DNA of 64,000 nt from an uncultured delta proteobacterium (GTDB taxonomy: Bacteria; Desulfobacterota; Binatia; UBA9968), in assembly GCA_963771465.1 (NCBI GenBank), contig CAVYTU010000014.1, positions 576,001 to 640,000 of the forward strand. Reading direction: 5' to 3'. Below the pieces are notes generated by a model. It had not been told where the DNA came from and made no database searches. It saw only the letters and a list, made by a program, of their open reading frames with translations. Below, piece by piece: positions 30,647 through 41,320 of the stretch (position 1 is its first letter; each line of letters begins with the position of its first letter). The translations under genes and the position numbers were made by a program.

Positions 30647-30806
30647 AAGGGTCCTCCTCAAATCTTCTGTGAGACCTAAGAGAAAAATCATGTTCATAGA
30701 TCGAAGTCAACAATTCGCGCCGTTGAATGAGACTGATAGATAGCAACCTTGCTGCTAGCGTTCGTCATGACGGCTGTGATAATGGAAACACAACAAGGGA
30801 GATAAG

Positions 30807-31955
30807 ATGGCACGCAATGGTTTTAAAATCTTCGATGCTGACACTCATGTCAGGCCGGATGCCGACTTATTAATGCCGTACATGGCGGCGGCGGCGCGGG
30901 AAAAGTTGGCGCAGTTTGAAAAATACCAAGCGCGCAACAAGGACGGCGCGGTAACCTATTTAATGGGGGAGCGCAGTTACAAGCGCCGGTTAGGACTCGC
31001 CGGCGACGGCGCGCCCGAGAGCACGGAATATATGAGCGGTTACAAGCGCCACCAGCATGGCAAGCCTAACCCACTCTGCGAGCGCGACGCCGCGGTGCGC
31101 ATCTCGGACATGGAGATTGAAGGCATCGATGTGAACTTGATGCTGCCCTCCGGTTGGTTCGGCTGCTGGACGACGATCGATGATATTGAGCTGGAAACCG
31201 CTGTGTATGAAGCCTATCACCGCTGGATGGCGGATTACTGCGCGGCTTTTCCGAGCCGGCTGAAAGGCGTAATCGCCATCGGCGCGCGAAACGTCGCGGC
31301 TTCACTGGAAGAGTTGCACCGTTGTGCCCAAGAAAATTGGCCGCTCGCCGTTTTCGTCTATGCGCCTTATCAGTTTCCACTGGATCATCCAGACTTGGAG
31401 CCGATCTGGCAAGCAGCGGCAGACTACGATCTGTCGATTGCGCTGCACACATTTACCGTCATGCCGCCCTACGCTCCCGGCGGTTTGGATTCCTGGGACA
31501 ATCTTTGGCTGCAAAGATCGGCGGCCCATCCCTGGTGCGGCCAGCGCAACATGGCATCGATCATCGGCGCCGGCATTATGGACCGCTATCCGAATATTCG
31601 CGTCGGTACTTTGGAAGCGGGCCATGGCTGGTTGCCGGCATGGGTCAATCGGCTCGAAGAACACACCAAGCTTTGTCCGGAGGCGCTGCCGGCGCTCAAA
31701 GAAACCATTCGCGGCTACGTCACCGGCGGACGCTACTTTCAGAGCATCGAAGTCTCCGAAGGCGAAGCGATTACCCAGAGCGTTATCGATCTGCTCGGCC
31801 CGGACATTCTCATGTTTGGCTCCGATTATCCGCACGGCGAAAGTTGGTTTCCAGTCGCCGTCGAAACCGTGCTCGGCTGGAAGCTCAAGGAAGACGACAA
31901 GCGAAAAATCTTTTGGGACAACCCCGTGAAATACTACCGGCGCTATTCGGCATGA
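30807..31955 (+). CDS. Amidohydrolase_2 family metal-dependent hydrolase/decarboxylase
   Basis: DADTH, LH, LEAGHGW, FGSDYPHGE. Confidence 0.85.
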   Translation: MARNGFKIFDADTHVRPDADLLMPYMAAAAREKLAQFEKYQARNKDGAVTYLMGERSYKRRLGLAGDGAPESTEYMSGYKRHQHGKPNPLCERDAAVRISDMEIEGIDVNLMLPSGWFGCWTTIDDIELETAVYEAYHRWMADYCAAFPSRLKGVIAIGARNVAASLEELHRCAQENWPLAVFVYAPYQFPLDHPDLEPIWQAAADYDLSIALHTFTVMPPYAPGGLDSWDNLWLQRSAAHPWCGQRNMASIIGAGIMDRYPNIRVGTLEAGHGWLPAWVNRLEEHTKLCPEALPALKETIRGYVTGGRYFQSIEVSEGEAITQSVIDLLGPDILMFGSDYPHGESWFPVAVETVLGWKLKEDDKRKIFWDNPVKYYRRYSA

Positions 31956-32870
31956 AGCCTTCAACCAAACTACGGCAACTACTTCGCCGCAAGAACAAAG
32001 TTCTCGCCGTGCTCGGCGCGCCTAACGCGTTTCATGCCAAAATCATGGAAGCCAATGGCGTCGAAGCCTGCTTCGTCGGCACCAGCATCACCGGCGGCAA
32101 CTACACCGGTCAGCCGGATCTCGGCATTCTCTCAATGACCGAGTGTGTGGAATTCGCCAAGTGGATCGCTAGGAGCGTGAAGATTCCGGTCATCCTCGAC
32201 GGTGATACCGGCCACGGCGGCATCATGGCGGTGCGTCGCCTGGTTCGGGAATGCATCGAGGCCGGCCTCGCCGGACTGCGTCTCGACGACCAGCCGCTCG
32301 ATCAGAAACGGCGCACGGGTTCGGCGGGAATATCGATCATTTCCCGTGACGACGCCGTGATTCGATATCGCGTCGCGGTGGACGCCAAGAATGAAATCGA
32401 TGGCGACTTCGTCATCATGGCGCAGTGCTACGCGCGTAATGCGATTAACGGCGGCATGGCTGAGCTGCTCAAACGCTTACGCCTCTATGAAACCGACGGC
32501 CAGCGCCGACTGGGTGCAGTTCGAGTCGCCCCATTCCGTCGCTGAGATCAAGCGCGCGCGTAAAGTTGTCAAAGGTCCGTTCTCGGCGATGAAAGGGCAG
32601 TTGCCGCGCGCGTTGACATTGGCCGAACATAGAGCGCTCAGGCTCAACGCGGCTTGGTATACATTTTTACCCGACCAGGTGTTGAAAGTTTCCGCCTGGT
32701 CTTTTTTTCAAGAGTTCAAAAAGAGCGACATGCGCGCTTGGGATGCGTTCATTCAGTCGCATCCGGACACACCTTTTACCGGCGGCGCGAAGTTGCCATG
32801 GGATGCGACGGGTATGACTGAGTTGACTAAGTTCGAAACGAAGTACGCGTCCAAGCGCGAGCGGAGATAA
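31952..32870 (+). CDS. ICL/PEP mutase family enzyme, divergent; +1 frameshift near 32501
   Basis: ATGA overlap with the upstream gene; PDLGILS, LDGDTGHGG, LDDQ; ADWVQFESP continues in ORF 32391-32870. Confidence 0.78.
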
Positions 32871-32875
32871 TCAAA

Positions 32876-33916
32876 ATGGGCAATTTGTTCATGTTAATTT
32901 TTTTCATTCTCATTCATGTTGCGAGCGCCGAGGCGCAGAGCGACTTTTTCAAAGGCAAACAGATGAGGATCGTCGTCGGCGCTTCCGCCGGAGCGGCCAG
33001 CGATCTTTATGCGCGCGTGGTGGCGCAACACCTGCCGAAACAGATTTCGGGTAAGCCGGACATCATCGTGCAAAATATGCCTGGCGGGGGTTCGATGACC
33101 GCGGCGAATTATGTTTACAGCGTCGCCAAACCGGACGGGCTCACCCTCGGCGCCGTCACCGCGCCGATCTATTTCGCCCAGCTGCTTGGCCGTAAGGAAG
33201 CTCAGTTCGACTGGGCGAAGTTCACCTGGATCGGCACGCCGGAGGAAAACGACGAGCTGTTTTTCCTCCGCTCGGACCAGCCGTACAAGACGCTGCTCGA
33301 CTTGCGTAAGGCGACTGAAGCGCCACGCTGCGGCGCTTCGGGCGTCGGCAGCACCGGATTCTACATACCCAAGTTGTTGGAAGAAATCTTCGGCGTGAAG
33401 ATTAATATGGTTACAGGTTATCCCGGCGCGGCGGACATAGACGTCGCCGTCGAGAAAAACGAGATTCACTGCCGCGGCACGACGATCAGCGCGTTTTTCG
33501 GCCGCGAGCCGGGAAAAACTTGGGCGAAAAATGGTTTTGTCAGATTTCTCGTCCAGACGGGTGATAAGCGCAATCACCGGATTCCCGACACGCCGACCAT
33601 CTGGGAATTGATGGATCAAGAGAAAGGCGACAAGGGTATCGATGCGAAGAAACGTCTAGCCCGCGTCGTGCTCGGCCCCGGCGCGTTTGGCCGGCCGATC
33701 TTGGCGACGCCGGGAATCCCGCCCGATCGGGTTAAAATTTTGCGCGATGCTTATTTGAATATGCTCAAGGATTCCGAATTCATCGCCGAGGCGAAAAAAC
33801 GGCAATGGGAAATCGCGCCGGTGAGCGGCGAGCGGCTCGAGGCGTTGGCCAAGGAAGTGATCCAGCAGCCGGCCGATATCGTCGAACGGATGAAAAAGGT
33901 CATGGGCGAGTCTTAG
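32876..33916 (+). CDS. Tripartite tricarboxylate transporter (TctC/Bug) family substrate-binding protein
   Basis: Signal peptide AEA-Q; IVVGASAG..SD.YAR, VQNMPGGGS..AAN, KPDGLT, GYPG. Confidence 0.85.
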   Translation: MGNLFMLIFFILIHVASAEAQSDFFKGKQMRIVVGASAGAASDLYARVVAQHLPKQISGKPDIIVQNMPGGGSMTAANYVYSVAKPDGLTLGAVTAPIYFAQLLGRKEAQFDWAKFTWIGTPEENDELFFLRSDQPYKTLLDLRKATEAPRCGASGVGSTGFYIPKLLEEIFGVKINMVTGYPGAADIDVAVEKNEIHCRGTTISAFFGREPGKTWAKNGFVRFLVQTGDKRNHRIPDTPTIWELMDQEKGDKGIDAKKRLARVVLGPGAFGRPILATPGIPPDRVKILRDAYLNMLKDSEFIAEAKKRQWEIAPVSGERLEALAKEVIQQPADIVERMKKVMGES

Positions 33917-33947
33917 GAAGGCAATGGGCAATGAATAGGGAGCGCAT

Positions 33948-34817
33948 ATGAGTCTCAGCAACTTTATCGTAAAAGCTCGGCCCGGAGTGCTCGGCGGCAA
34001 GCATGAAGAGAAACGGCCGCTACGCCAGTTGAGCGCGCTGCCGGTGAAGCGCCATGTTTTCATTAATCGCGATTCGCATCCCGACGCCGACATCTACGTC
34101 GCGATCCACGAAGCCAAGGACTTGCCGTCGCCGGTGCCGGATTATCAAGTGCCGCATTGCCATAACACCGACGAGTTTTACTATTTTATCGGCAACCATG
34201 GCGATCTGACCGGTTTGGAAGGGCAAATTATTTTTGAAGGCAAAGTGCACAAGATCGTTTCACCTGCTTGTGTCTACATTCCCACCGGCGCGGTTCATGA
34301 GTACAAAGTCACCCAAGGCGCCGGCACGGTGACGGTGCTGTTTCGCAATCGCGGCTACACCCATGAAGACAAACCGTTCGATCTCGCCAAAGGCGAGCGC
34401 GACTTTGCCAAGTATGCCAGTTACATTTTTCATCCCGACGTGCGCCCTACGACTGAAATAAAATACCACACCGACGCCGCGCCCGGCGTGCGCTATGTGT
34501 TTGTCGACGGCAGGCTCAAGCCCGAGGCGGAATTTTACACCGTCGTGCGCAGCGTGCAGAATGTGCAGCCGTCACAAGCCAATTACGTCGACATGCACAG
34601 GCATAACTGCGACACGCAGCATATCGCCATCGGCACCGGGCCGGAGCTGACCGGGTTGAAGATCGAATTTCAGATTCGTGACGAGAGAGTGGTCGTGGAA
34701 AGCCCGGTCGGCGTTAACATCCCGGCGGGGACACCGCACTCGCAGCGCATCGTCGACGGCTCCGGGCACTTTTTTAATTTCGTGCCCAAGAGCAATTACA
34801 ATGACGGCTTGATGTGA
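33948..34817 (+). CDS. Two-domain cupin, hypothetical
   Basis: Internal duplication: HCHNTDE...DLTGL...SPACVYIP.G..H and HRHNCD...ELTGL...SPVGVNIP.G..H. Confidence 0.8.
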   Translation: MSLSNFIVKARPGVLGGKHEEKRPLRQLSALPVKRHVFINRDSHPDADIYVAIHEAKDLPSPVPDYQVPHCHNTDEFYYFIGNHGDLTGLEGQIIFEGKVHKIVSPACVYIPTGAVHEYKVTQGAGTVTVLFRNRGYTHEDKPFDLAKGERDFAKYASYIFHPDVRPTTEIKYHTDAAPGVRYVFVDGRLKPEAEFYTVVRSVQNVQPSQANYVDMHRHNCDTQHIAIGTGPELTGLKIEFQIRDERVVVESPVGVNIPAGTPHSQRIVDGSGHFFNFVPKSNYNDGLM

Positions 34818-34866
34818 GAGATTTGCGACGAGCACGCGAAGGCATTGCTGCTCATCGCTTGGTAGC

Positions 34867-35679
34867 TCAATCCGTCAAATCCATCAACACGCCGTCCGGA
34901 TCGGCAAAGGCATGTTTACCGATGGGGCAGCCTTGCAGGTCTTGTTCGACGAGCATGCCTGACTTGCCCAGTCCGAGTTTTTGCGGCGCCGATTGCGGCA
35001 AATTGATCCCCACGTCCTCCAAGTCTTGTTTGGCCTGCGCCAAATTCTCCACTTTGAAGCCGATGTGATCGAGGCCTTGGCGCATGCCTCTGTACAGATT
35101 CTCATTGCACGGGCGAATCAGCAGCCGAACCTTGCCGTCGGTGAGCGATATCCCTTCGTCCTTGGAGAATTCTTCGAGACCTTTGAGCTCGAAGACTTTG
35201 GTGTAAAATTCGGCCACTACCTCGGGCCGGCGCGCGCGAATCGACACATGATTGATCCAGCGCGGCTGTTCCCAGCCGTCTTCGGTATAGCCTTCGCGCA
35301 CGTTGTCGAGACTTTTCTGCGACAGATCGAACTGAGTGCCGGCGGGATCATGCGAGCGGAAGCCGGCGAAGGGGACAAAATCGAGCGCGCTGGCGACGAG
35401 AGTGTCCGGATAGTGCCGTTTGAGTCGATCGATCGCTTCCTTTACGTCGTCGACTTCAAAACCGAAGTGGTCGAGCCCTTGGTTGTTGCCGGGGCGCTTG
35501 GCCAGCAGGGCGTAACCGATGGTGCCGTCGCTGATATGGCCACGTTCGGCATTCTGCTGGCCGGTCTCGTCGGCTAATCGCGTGGTGATCTGCTTCATTC
35601 CGAAGACGGTCTGATAGAACTTCAACATCCGTTCGTATTTCTCGGTGAAAAGAGCGACGTGCCTGATTTTGGCGTGCAT
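34867..35679 (-). CDS. Two-domain VOC/glyoxalase family protein
   Basis: IRHVAL/INHVSI, GLDHFGFEV/GLDHIGFKV, DPAG/DPDG repeats; RBS before 35679. Confidence 0.85.
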   Translation of the reverse strand: MHAKIRHVALFTEKYERMLKFYQTVFGMKQITTRLADETGQQNAERGHISDGTIGYALLAKRPGNNQGLDHFGFEVDDVKEAIDRLKRHYPDTLVASALDFVPFAGFRSHDPAGTQFDLSQKSLDNVREGYTEDGWEQPRWINHVSIRARRPEVVAEFYTKVFELKGLEEFSKDEGISLTDGKVRLLIRPCNENLYRGMRQGLDHIGFKVENLAQAKQDLEDVGINLPQSAPQKLGLGKSGMLVEQDLQGCPIGKHAFADPDGVLMDLTD

Positions 35680-35835
35680 CTGATTTCTCCCTTCCTGGCT
35701 GACTCGCTGTTGTTCTAGGGCAGGGGCGATTGTCTTGTCAAGCAAGCAAACGCGCAAATCGATGCTGACATGGGCAATAAGTTTGACCCCGGTTCAGACC
35801 TTTTGCTAGGGTCGGGCTCACCGGGGAGCAAAGGT

Positions 35836-36801
35836 ATGATTAAAACAATCCACACTGCGCTGACACTATTTTTGCTCCTTGTCAGCTCGTCGCAGGCGTT
35901 TGGGCAGTTAAAAAAGATTCGCTTCTCGGTAAGCTCGATCTCGGTCACCGAGATCGCCTACAAGATGGCTCAACTCAAAGGTTTCTATCGCGACGAAGGC
36001 CTCGACGTTGAGATGATCGTCATCCGCGGCGCCATCGGCATTCCCGCGTTAGTCGGCGGTTCGGTCGACTACGCTTCGGCCGCCGGCGCGGTCATCGCCG
36101 CCGCCATGCGCGGCATCGGCGTGAAACTCGTTCTCGTCGTCTCCTCACGGCCGCAGTTCGATCTGGTTGCGCTGCCGGAAATAAAATCGATCCAGCAACT
36201 CAAGGGCAGGTCGGTGGGAATTTCCTCACGCGGCGGCGCAGTCGATCTTCTGACTCAAACGATTCTTTCGCAACACGGCCTGACGCCCCACAAAGATGTC
36301 GATCTGTTGGTCATCGGCACACCGGAAGAAATGATGCTCGCGCTCAAGACCGGGCGCATCGCCGCCTGCCTCTTCACGCCGCCTCGTCCGCTGATACTCA
36401 GGCGCGAAGGCTTTAACAAGCTCGCCTACGCCGGCGACTACATGAGCCACTATCCATCCGGCGGTATCGGTACGACGGAGGAAAAAATTAGAAACAATCC
36501 GAGCGAAGTGCTGAGCTTTATTCGCGCCAGTCAGCGCGGCCTCAATTACTACGCGCAGAATCGCGCCGAGGCGATCGAACTAGTAATCAGCTATATCGGT
36601 ATCAAAGACCCGGCGCTCGCCGCCGAGGTGTACGATCTCCACGCCAGCCGGTTGAATACGGTCGGAGTTTTAGATGACACCTGGATGCGCGGCGCGATTG
36701 ATTTTACCAAGAAGAGTTTGGGCGTGACCAAAGATGTGCCGCCAAGCCAGGTTTTTAATTTTAGTTTCGTTGAAAAGGCCATGGCGCGAGGCAAACAGTA
36801 A
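35836..36801 (+). CDS. ABC-type substrate-binding protein (SsuA/THI5-like)
   Basis: Signal peptide AFG-Q; KGFYRDEGLDVE, LKGRSVGISS.GG, terminal VFNFSFV. Confidence 0.85.
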   Translation: MIKTIHTALTLFLLLVSSSQAFGQLKKIRFSVSSISVTEIAYKMAQLKGFYRDEGLDVEMIVIRGAIGIPALVGGSVDYASAAGAVIAAAMRGIGVKLVLVVSSRPQFDLVALPEIKSIQQLKGRSVGISSRGGAVDLLTQTILSQHGLTPHKDVDLLVIGTPEEMMLALKTGRIAACLFTPPRPLILRREGFNKLAYAGDYMSHYPSGGIGTTEEKIRNNPSEVLSFIRASQRGLNYYAQNRAEAIELVISYIGIKDPALAAEVYDLHASRLNTVGVLDDTWMRGAIDFTKKSLGVTKDVPPSQVFNFSFVEKAMARGKQ

Positions 36802-37031
36802 CCCAGCAAACGGCTTGCGAAGTTCATTTGCAGCTCCGGCGCGGCAGCGTCAAGGAAGCGGCAGAATCCTGATCATTCCAACGCGTCCGAGCACACTTAA
36901 CTTTCTATCCCGACGTAATCTCTAATCTGCGGAAGTCTTGAACTTGGTCCGTTCACAAGCGAAGATCGCGGCATGATGACGATTATCTACTTGGCACTTC
37001 AGTGCGAGGCCAATTAAGAACTGGGGGCGAA

Positions 37032-37586
37032 ATGAGCAATGATAATAATCAAATCGCGGTTTTCGGCGGCGGTTGTTTCTGGTGCACCGAAGCGGTGTTC
37101 GATGAGCTGCGCGGCGTTCATTCCGTCGTCTCGGGCTACACCGGCGGCAAAAACAAAAATCCCACTTACGAGCAGGTCTGCATGGGCAACACCGGCCATG
37201 CCGAAGTGATTAAAATTGAATTCGATCCGGCGCAAGTCTCTTTCCGCGATCTGATGACGGTTTTCTTCGCCACCCATGACCCGACGACATTGAATCGCCA
37301 GGGCAACGATGTCGGTACGCAGTATCGCTCGGCGATTTTCTACGCCGATGATAAGCAAAGGGAAGAAGCCGCGGCGTTCATCAAAGAATTGGACGAGGCC
37401 AAGAGCTTTAAGAACTCCATTGTGACAACCTTGGAGCCGCTCACCGAATTCTATCCAGCCGAAGGCTACCATCAAAAGTTCTACGCCAATAATCCGTTTC
37501 AGTCCTACTGCCAGTACATGATTCCGCCCAAGCTGAGCAAACTGCAAAAGCAGTTCAAAGAGCTGCTGAAATCGCACGGCAGTTAA
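37032..37586 (+). CDS. msrA: Peptide methionine sulfoxide reductase A
   Basis: GGGCFWCTE, PTYEQVC..TGHAE, HDPTTLNRQGND.GTQYRS, FYPAE.YHQ. Confidence 0.96.
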   Translation: MSNDNNQIAVFGGGCFWCTEAVFDELRGVHSVVSGYTGGKNKNPTYEQVCMGNTGHAEVIKIEFDPAQVSFRDLMTVFFATHDPTTLNRQGNDVGTQYRSAIFYADDKQREEAAAFIKELDEAKSFKNSIVTTLEPLTEFYPAEGYHQKFYANNPFQSYCQYMIPPKLSKLQKQFKELLKSHGS

Positions 37587-37937
37587 GGATTGAAACGCCA
37601 TGTATGTCTTAAAAGCTAACAACCTGCGCAGTGTGAAGTGCCAACACTCAAGCTGGCCGTCACCGCGATCTCAGACCCTGGCGACGGAACGAAATCCGAT
37701 TACCGTTGCGCATCTTTCTTCGCTAGATTAAAATTTGTTTCCCTCCAAAACAGCGGCGGAGTTGTGCGATCGGCTAGGTTGGTTTTATCGACACAGCCAT
37801 ATTGAGAGGTTTGCGTTGACTTGATAGCACTTGAGATAGAAGCGATCTAATTCCCAGAGTTTAGCTCACGCGAGAATGGCGTTTATGCAAGCGTTCCACT
37901 TTTTCCGGCTTTTCGAGTAAGGAGAAGTCGTTTACCT

Positions 37938-40211
37938 ATGATCGAAAGTTCCGATCAAGCGCGCACGCTGGCGGCGGACTTAGCTGGGCGAAGGTTGGTC
38001 ATCGTTTCCAACCGCTTGCCCTTTAACGTCACTTGCGAAGGCGACCGCATCTTGTTCCATCCGAGCGCCGGCGGATTGGTCACCGGTTTGGCCTCGGTCC
38101 GCGAGTCGCGCAAGCAACTCACCGCCACACCGTCTACCCACCTCTGGGTGGGGTGGCCGGGGAGCAGTATAGAAGCCGACATGCGCGACAATTTGATGCG
38201 TGAAGCGCTGGACCGGTTTCAGTCATTTCCCGTGTTTCTTTCCGACGAACAGATGGAGCAATTCTATCTGGGTTTTTGCAACGCGACGATCTGGCCGCTG
38301 TTTCATTATTTTCCTTCCTATGTGCTCTATCAGCCGAGCTCTTGGGATCATTACAAGCAGATCAATCAACTTTTCGCTGACGCCTTAAAGTCAATCCTCA
38401 GACCGGATGATGTGGTTTGGGTGCATGACTATCATCTAATGTTGCTGCCGCGGCTGTTGAAGGCGAGCCATCCGCAAATACCCGTCGGCTTTTTCTTACA
38501 TATTCCGTTTCCGTCCTTTGAGGTATTTCGCTTACTGCCGGGCGAGTGGCGCCGGGAAATCCTCGAAGGCTTACTAGGCGCGGACTTGATCGGTTTTCAC
38601 ACTTACGAATATACGCATCACTTTTTGCAATCGGTATTGCGCATTCTCGGCCATGAGCATCGACTTGGACAAGTTTCCGCGCCGGATCATGTCGTCAAGG
38701 TCGAAACCTTCCCGATGGGTATCGATTTTGAAAAATTTGCCGCCGCCGCCGTCGAACCCGAGACCGAACGTGAGGCGAGGGAACTAAGGGAAACGCTCAG
38801 CGGTCTCAAGCTGATTTTGTCGGTGGATCGGCTCGATTACTCCAAAGGCATATCGAACCGATTGGAGGGTTACGAGCTATTTTTGGAATCCAATCCGGAA
38901 TACCACGGCAAGGTGGCGCTCTTAATGGTGGTGGTGCCGTCACGTATCGGTGTCGTGCAATACGACTTGATGAAGCGGCAGCTTGAAGAACTGGTCGGCA
39001 AGATCAACGGCCGTTTCGGCCGGGTGGGATGGACGCCGGTGGTCTATCAGTACCGCCACGTGCCGTTTAACTCGTTGGTCGCGCTCTACTCCGTCAGCGA
39101 GGTTTGCTTGGTGACGCCGTTGCGGGACGGTATGAATCTGGTCGCCAAAGAGTATTTGGCGTCGCGCACTGATGGCACGGGGATGCTTGTACTGAGCGAA
39201 ATGGCCGGCTCCGCCAAGGAATTGCCCGAAGCGATTATTGTCAATCCTAATAACCGAGTGGAAATGGCCGCGGCCTTGAAAGATGCGCTGGAGACCTCGA
39301 CGGACGAGCAACAAAAACGCAATCGCCTGATGCAACGCCGCTTGCGCCGTTATAACGTCATGCGCTGGGCCGATGATTTTCTGAGCACGCTTCTGGGCAT
39401 GAAGGAATTGCAGAGTCGGGTTGAGTCCAAGCTGCTGTCGTCGTCGGCGAAGCAAGAAACTCTGGCTCGGTATAACGCAAGTTCGTGCCGCCTGGTGTTT
39501 CTCGACTTCGATGGCACGCTCACAGCGCTGGTTCGCCATCCAGTGATGGCTAAGCCCGACGGCGAGCTGATCGCTTTACTACGTCGGCTCGCCGAGGATC
39601 GCAAGAATTCCGTGATCATTACGAGTGGACGGGACCGGCGAACGCTCGAGGAATGGTTTGGTGATCTTAACCTCGGTTTGGTCGCTGAGCATGGGGCGTG
39701 GCTCCGACCATCGGGACAATCATGGCAACGGGCCAAAACGCCGCAAACTGAGTGGAAGTCCGCGTTGCTGAATGTCCTAGAAATCTTTGCCGACCGATTG
39801 CCCGGTAGTTTTGTTGAAGAAAAAGAGGAGTCCGTGGCGTGGCATTATCGTTTGGCTGACCCCGAACAAGCTCAGTTACGCGCCTCGGAACTGGTTGACC
39901 ACCTGCTCAATCTAACCGCGAAAACTGATTTGCAGATCGTTCAGGGAAGCAAGGTTGTGGAAATACGGCGCGCAGGCGTCGACAAGGGAAGCTCCGCCAG
40001 TTTTTGGCTGGGCAGTGGTGCGTACGATTTCATTCTTGCCATCGGCGATGACACCACCGATGAGGATCTTTTCAAAGTCCTGCCGCCATCGGCAATCTCA
40101 ATCCGAGTCGGCGTCACCGGCACCCACGCGCAATTTAACATTCGCAACGTCACCGAGGTCATCAATCTCCTGCGTTCGCTTGCGGATGCACGGGAGCCTA
40201 CGTCTACGTGA
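37938..40211 (+). CDS. otsAB: Bifunctional trehalose-6-phosphate synthase/phosphatase (fused OtsA-OtsB)
   Basis: GT20 motifs VSNRLP, WVHDYHL, FLHIPFP, VDRLDYSKG, DGMNLVAKEY; HAD motifs DFDGTL, SGR, AEHG, IGDDTTDED. Confidence 0.93.
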   Translation: MIESSDQARTLAADLAGRRLVIVSNRLPFNVTCEGDRILFHPSAGGLVTGLASVRESRKQLTATPSTHLWVGWPGSSIEADMRDNLMREALDRFQSFPVFLSDEQMEQFYLGFCNATIWPLFHYFPSYVLYQPSSWDHYKQINQLFADALKSILRPDDVVWVHDYHLMLLPRLLKASHPQIPVGFFLHIPFPSFEVFRLLPGEWRREILEGLLGADLIGFHTYEYTHHFLQSVLRILGHEHRLGQVSAPDHVVKVETFPMGIDFEKFAAAAVEPETEREARELRETLSGLKLILSVDRLDYSKGISNRLEGYELFLESNPEYHGKVALLMVVVPSRIGVVQYDLMKRQLEELVGKINGRFGRVGWTPVVYQYRHVPFNSLVALYSVSEVCLVTPLRDGMNLVAKEYLASRTDGTGMLVLSEMAGSAKELPEAIIVNPNNRVEMAAALKDALETSTDEQQKRNRLMQRRLRRYNVMRWADDFLSTLLGMKELQSRVESKLLSSSAKQETLARYNASSCRLVFLDFDGTLTALVRHPVMAKPDGELIALLRRLAEDRKNSVIITSGRDRRTLEEWFGDLNLGLVAEHGAWLRPSGQSWQRAKTPQTEWKSALLNVLEIFADRLPGSFVEEKEESVAWHYRLADPEQAQLRASELVDHLLNLTAKTDLQIVQGSKVVEIRRAGVDKGSSASFWLGSGAYDFILAIGDDTTDEDLFKVLPPSAISIRVGVTGTHAQFNIRNVTEVINLLRSLADAREPTST

Positions 40212-40231
40212 CCCGAACCAATTCATACGCT

Positions 40232-41287
40232 TCAAACAAAACCGACCCACAACAACGTTGCCGTTAGGGCCATCATCACTAAACCCAGCGGTATGCCAAG
40301 CTTGGCCCACTCGGTGCTTTTAATATGCAGTGAGTGGGCGGCGATGATGTTGGGAATGTTTCCTGGGATCAGCATGCCGCCGGCGATGAGTAAGCCGTAC
40401 AGTGCGCTCTTGATTTGTCCTTCGGTCAAGGTTGGTCCGATTTCGGCGGCAGCCAAAGTCGCGTTGTCGAGCACGGCTGAGATCATGTTTACCCAAAACA
40501 GAACTTGAGATGGCAACTGAATCACGTAAGCGTCGATCAGCGGTTTGAAGCCGGCGCCAAGAAAAATCAGCGCCATCACGAAAATATAAACTTTTCCTGC
40601 CCTGACAAAGACCGTGCTCAACGTCTCGGCCTTGTCCTCCGCGGCCAACGACGCTTCCTTGTCCTTGGGTTTTTCGTGGATCAGAAAAATCGCCACAACT
40701 CCCAAAATGATGACGCTCGGGACGATATAGAATCCCAATAGCTTTGCTAAATAGAAAAAGTCGGCGTGATAGGGCGCTCCGCTCAGCTTCGAGACCACGA
40801 TGGTCGAAAGCGGCTCACCCAAGGGCGTCAGCGCGGCACCCAGGCCGATAGCGAAGCAGGCGATGATCGTAAGATTGACTTCGGCGTGACGATGCAGCGG
40901 CAGGACGGTAATGAATTCGACGAGTAGCAGTGCCGCGATGATCGCGGATATCATGCTTGAAGCCAGCCCCAAGACGACTATTCCCGAACACACGATCACA
41001 GATAGAGGCACGGTGATTAGCACGCGTCGCATGGCGTGATCAATATATGGGCGCAGGTAGTGAAACAAAACACCAGCGCCGAGTACGGCAAGGGTGATGT
41101 TGATCGGCGCAATCAAACCTTCGTGAAAGACTTCGGCGCTCCACGCGCTCGATAGCGTCGCGCTCACTACACCCATGACAAACAAGAACGCTTCAAGATT
41201 GGCCTCGATCTTTTTGTTAAGGAACGGGCCGACGAGCACGATGGCGAAAATTATCGATAGACCGATCATTAACATGGAGTTTTCCAT
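40232..41287 (-). CDS. DUF1646 family membrane protein (putative IT-superfamily cation transporter)
   Basis: Multi-TM; IEANLEAFLF, GAALTPLGEPLSTI, LDNATLAAAEI, GGMLIPGNIPNII. Confidence 0.85.
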   Translation of the reverse strand: MENSMLMIGLSIIFAIVLVGPFLNKKIEANLEAFLFVMGVVSATLSSAWSAEVFHEGLIAPINITLAVLGAGVLFHYLRPYIDHAMRRVLITVPLSVIVCSGIVVLGLASSMISAIIAALLLVEFITVLPLHRHAEVNLTIIACFAIGLGAALTPLGEPLSTIVVSKLSGAPYHADFFYLAKLLGFYIVPSVIILGVVAIFLIHEKPKDKEASLAAEDKAETLSTVFVRAGKVYIFVMALIFLGAGFKPLIDAYVIQLPSQVLFWVNMISAVLDNATLAAAEIGPTLTEGQIKSALYGLLIAGGMLIPGNIPNIIAAHSLHIKSTEWAKLGIPLGLVMMALTATLLWVGFV

Positions 41288-41320
41288 CCCTCCGCTTCTA
41301 TGACATCGCGTCGGTAATAA

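Noticed and set aside
31322-31951. N-terminal half of the 407-aa ORF 31322-32545
   Set aside because: Alternate frame of the amidohydrolase; the real gene starts at ATG 31952
36992-37005. TGGCAC...TGC upstream of msrA as a sigma54 promoter
   Set aside because: GG-GC spacing is 9, not the required 10
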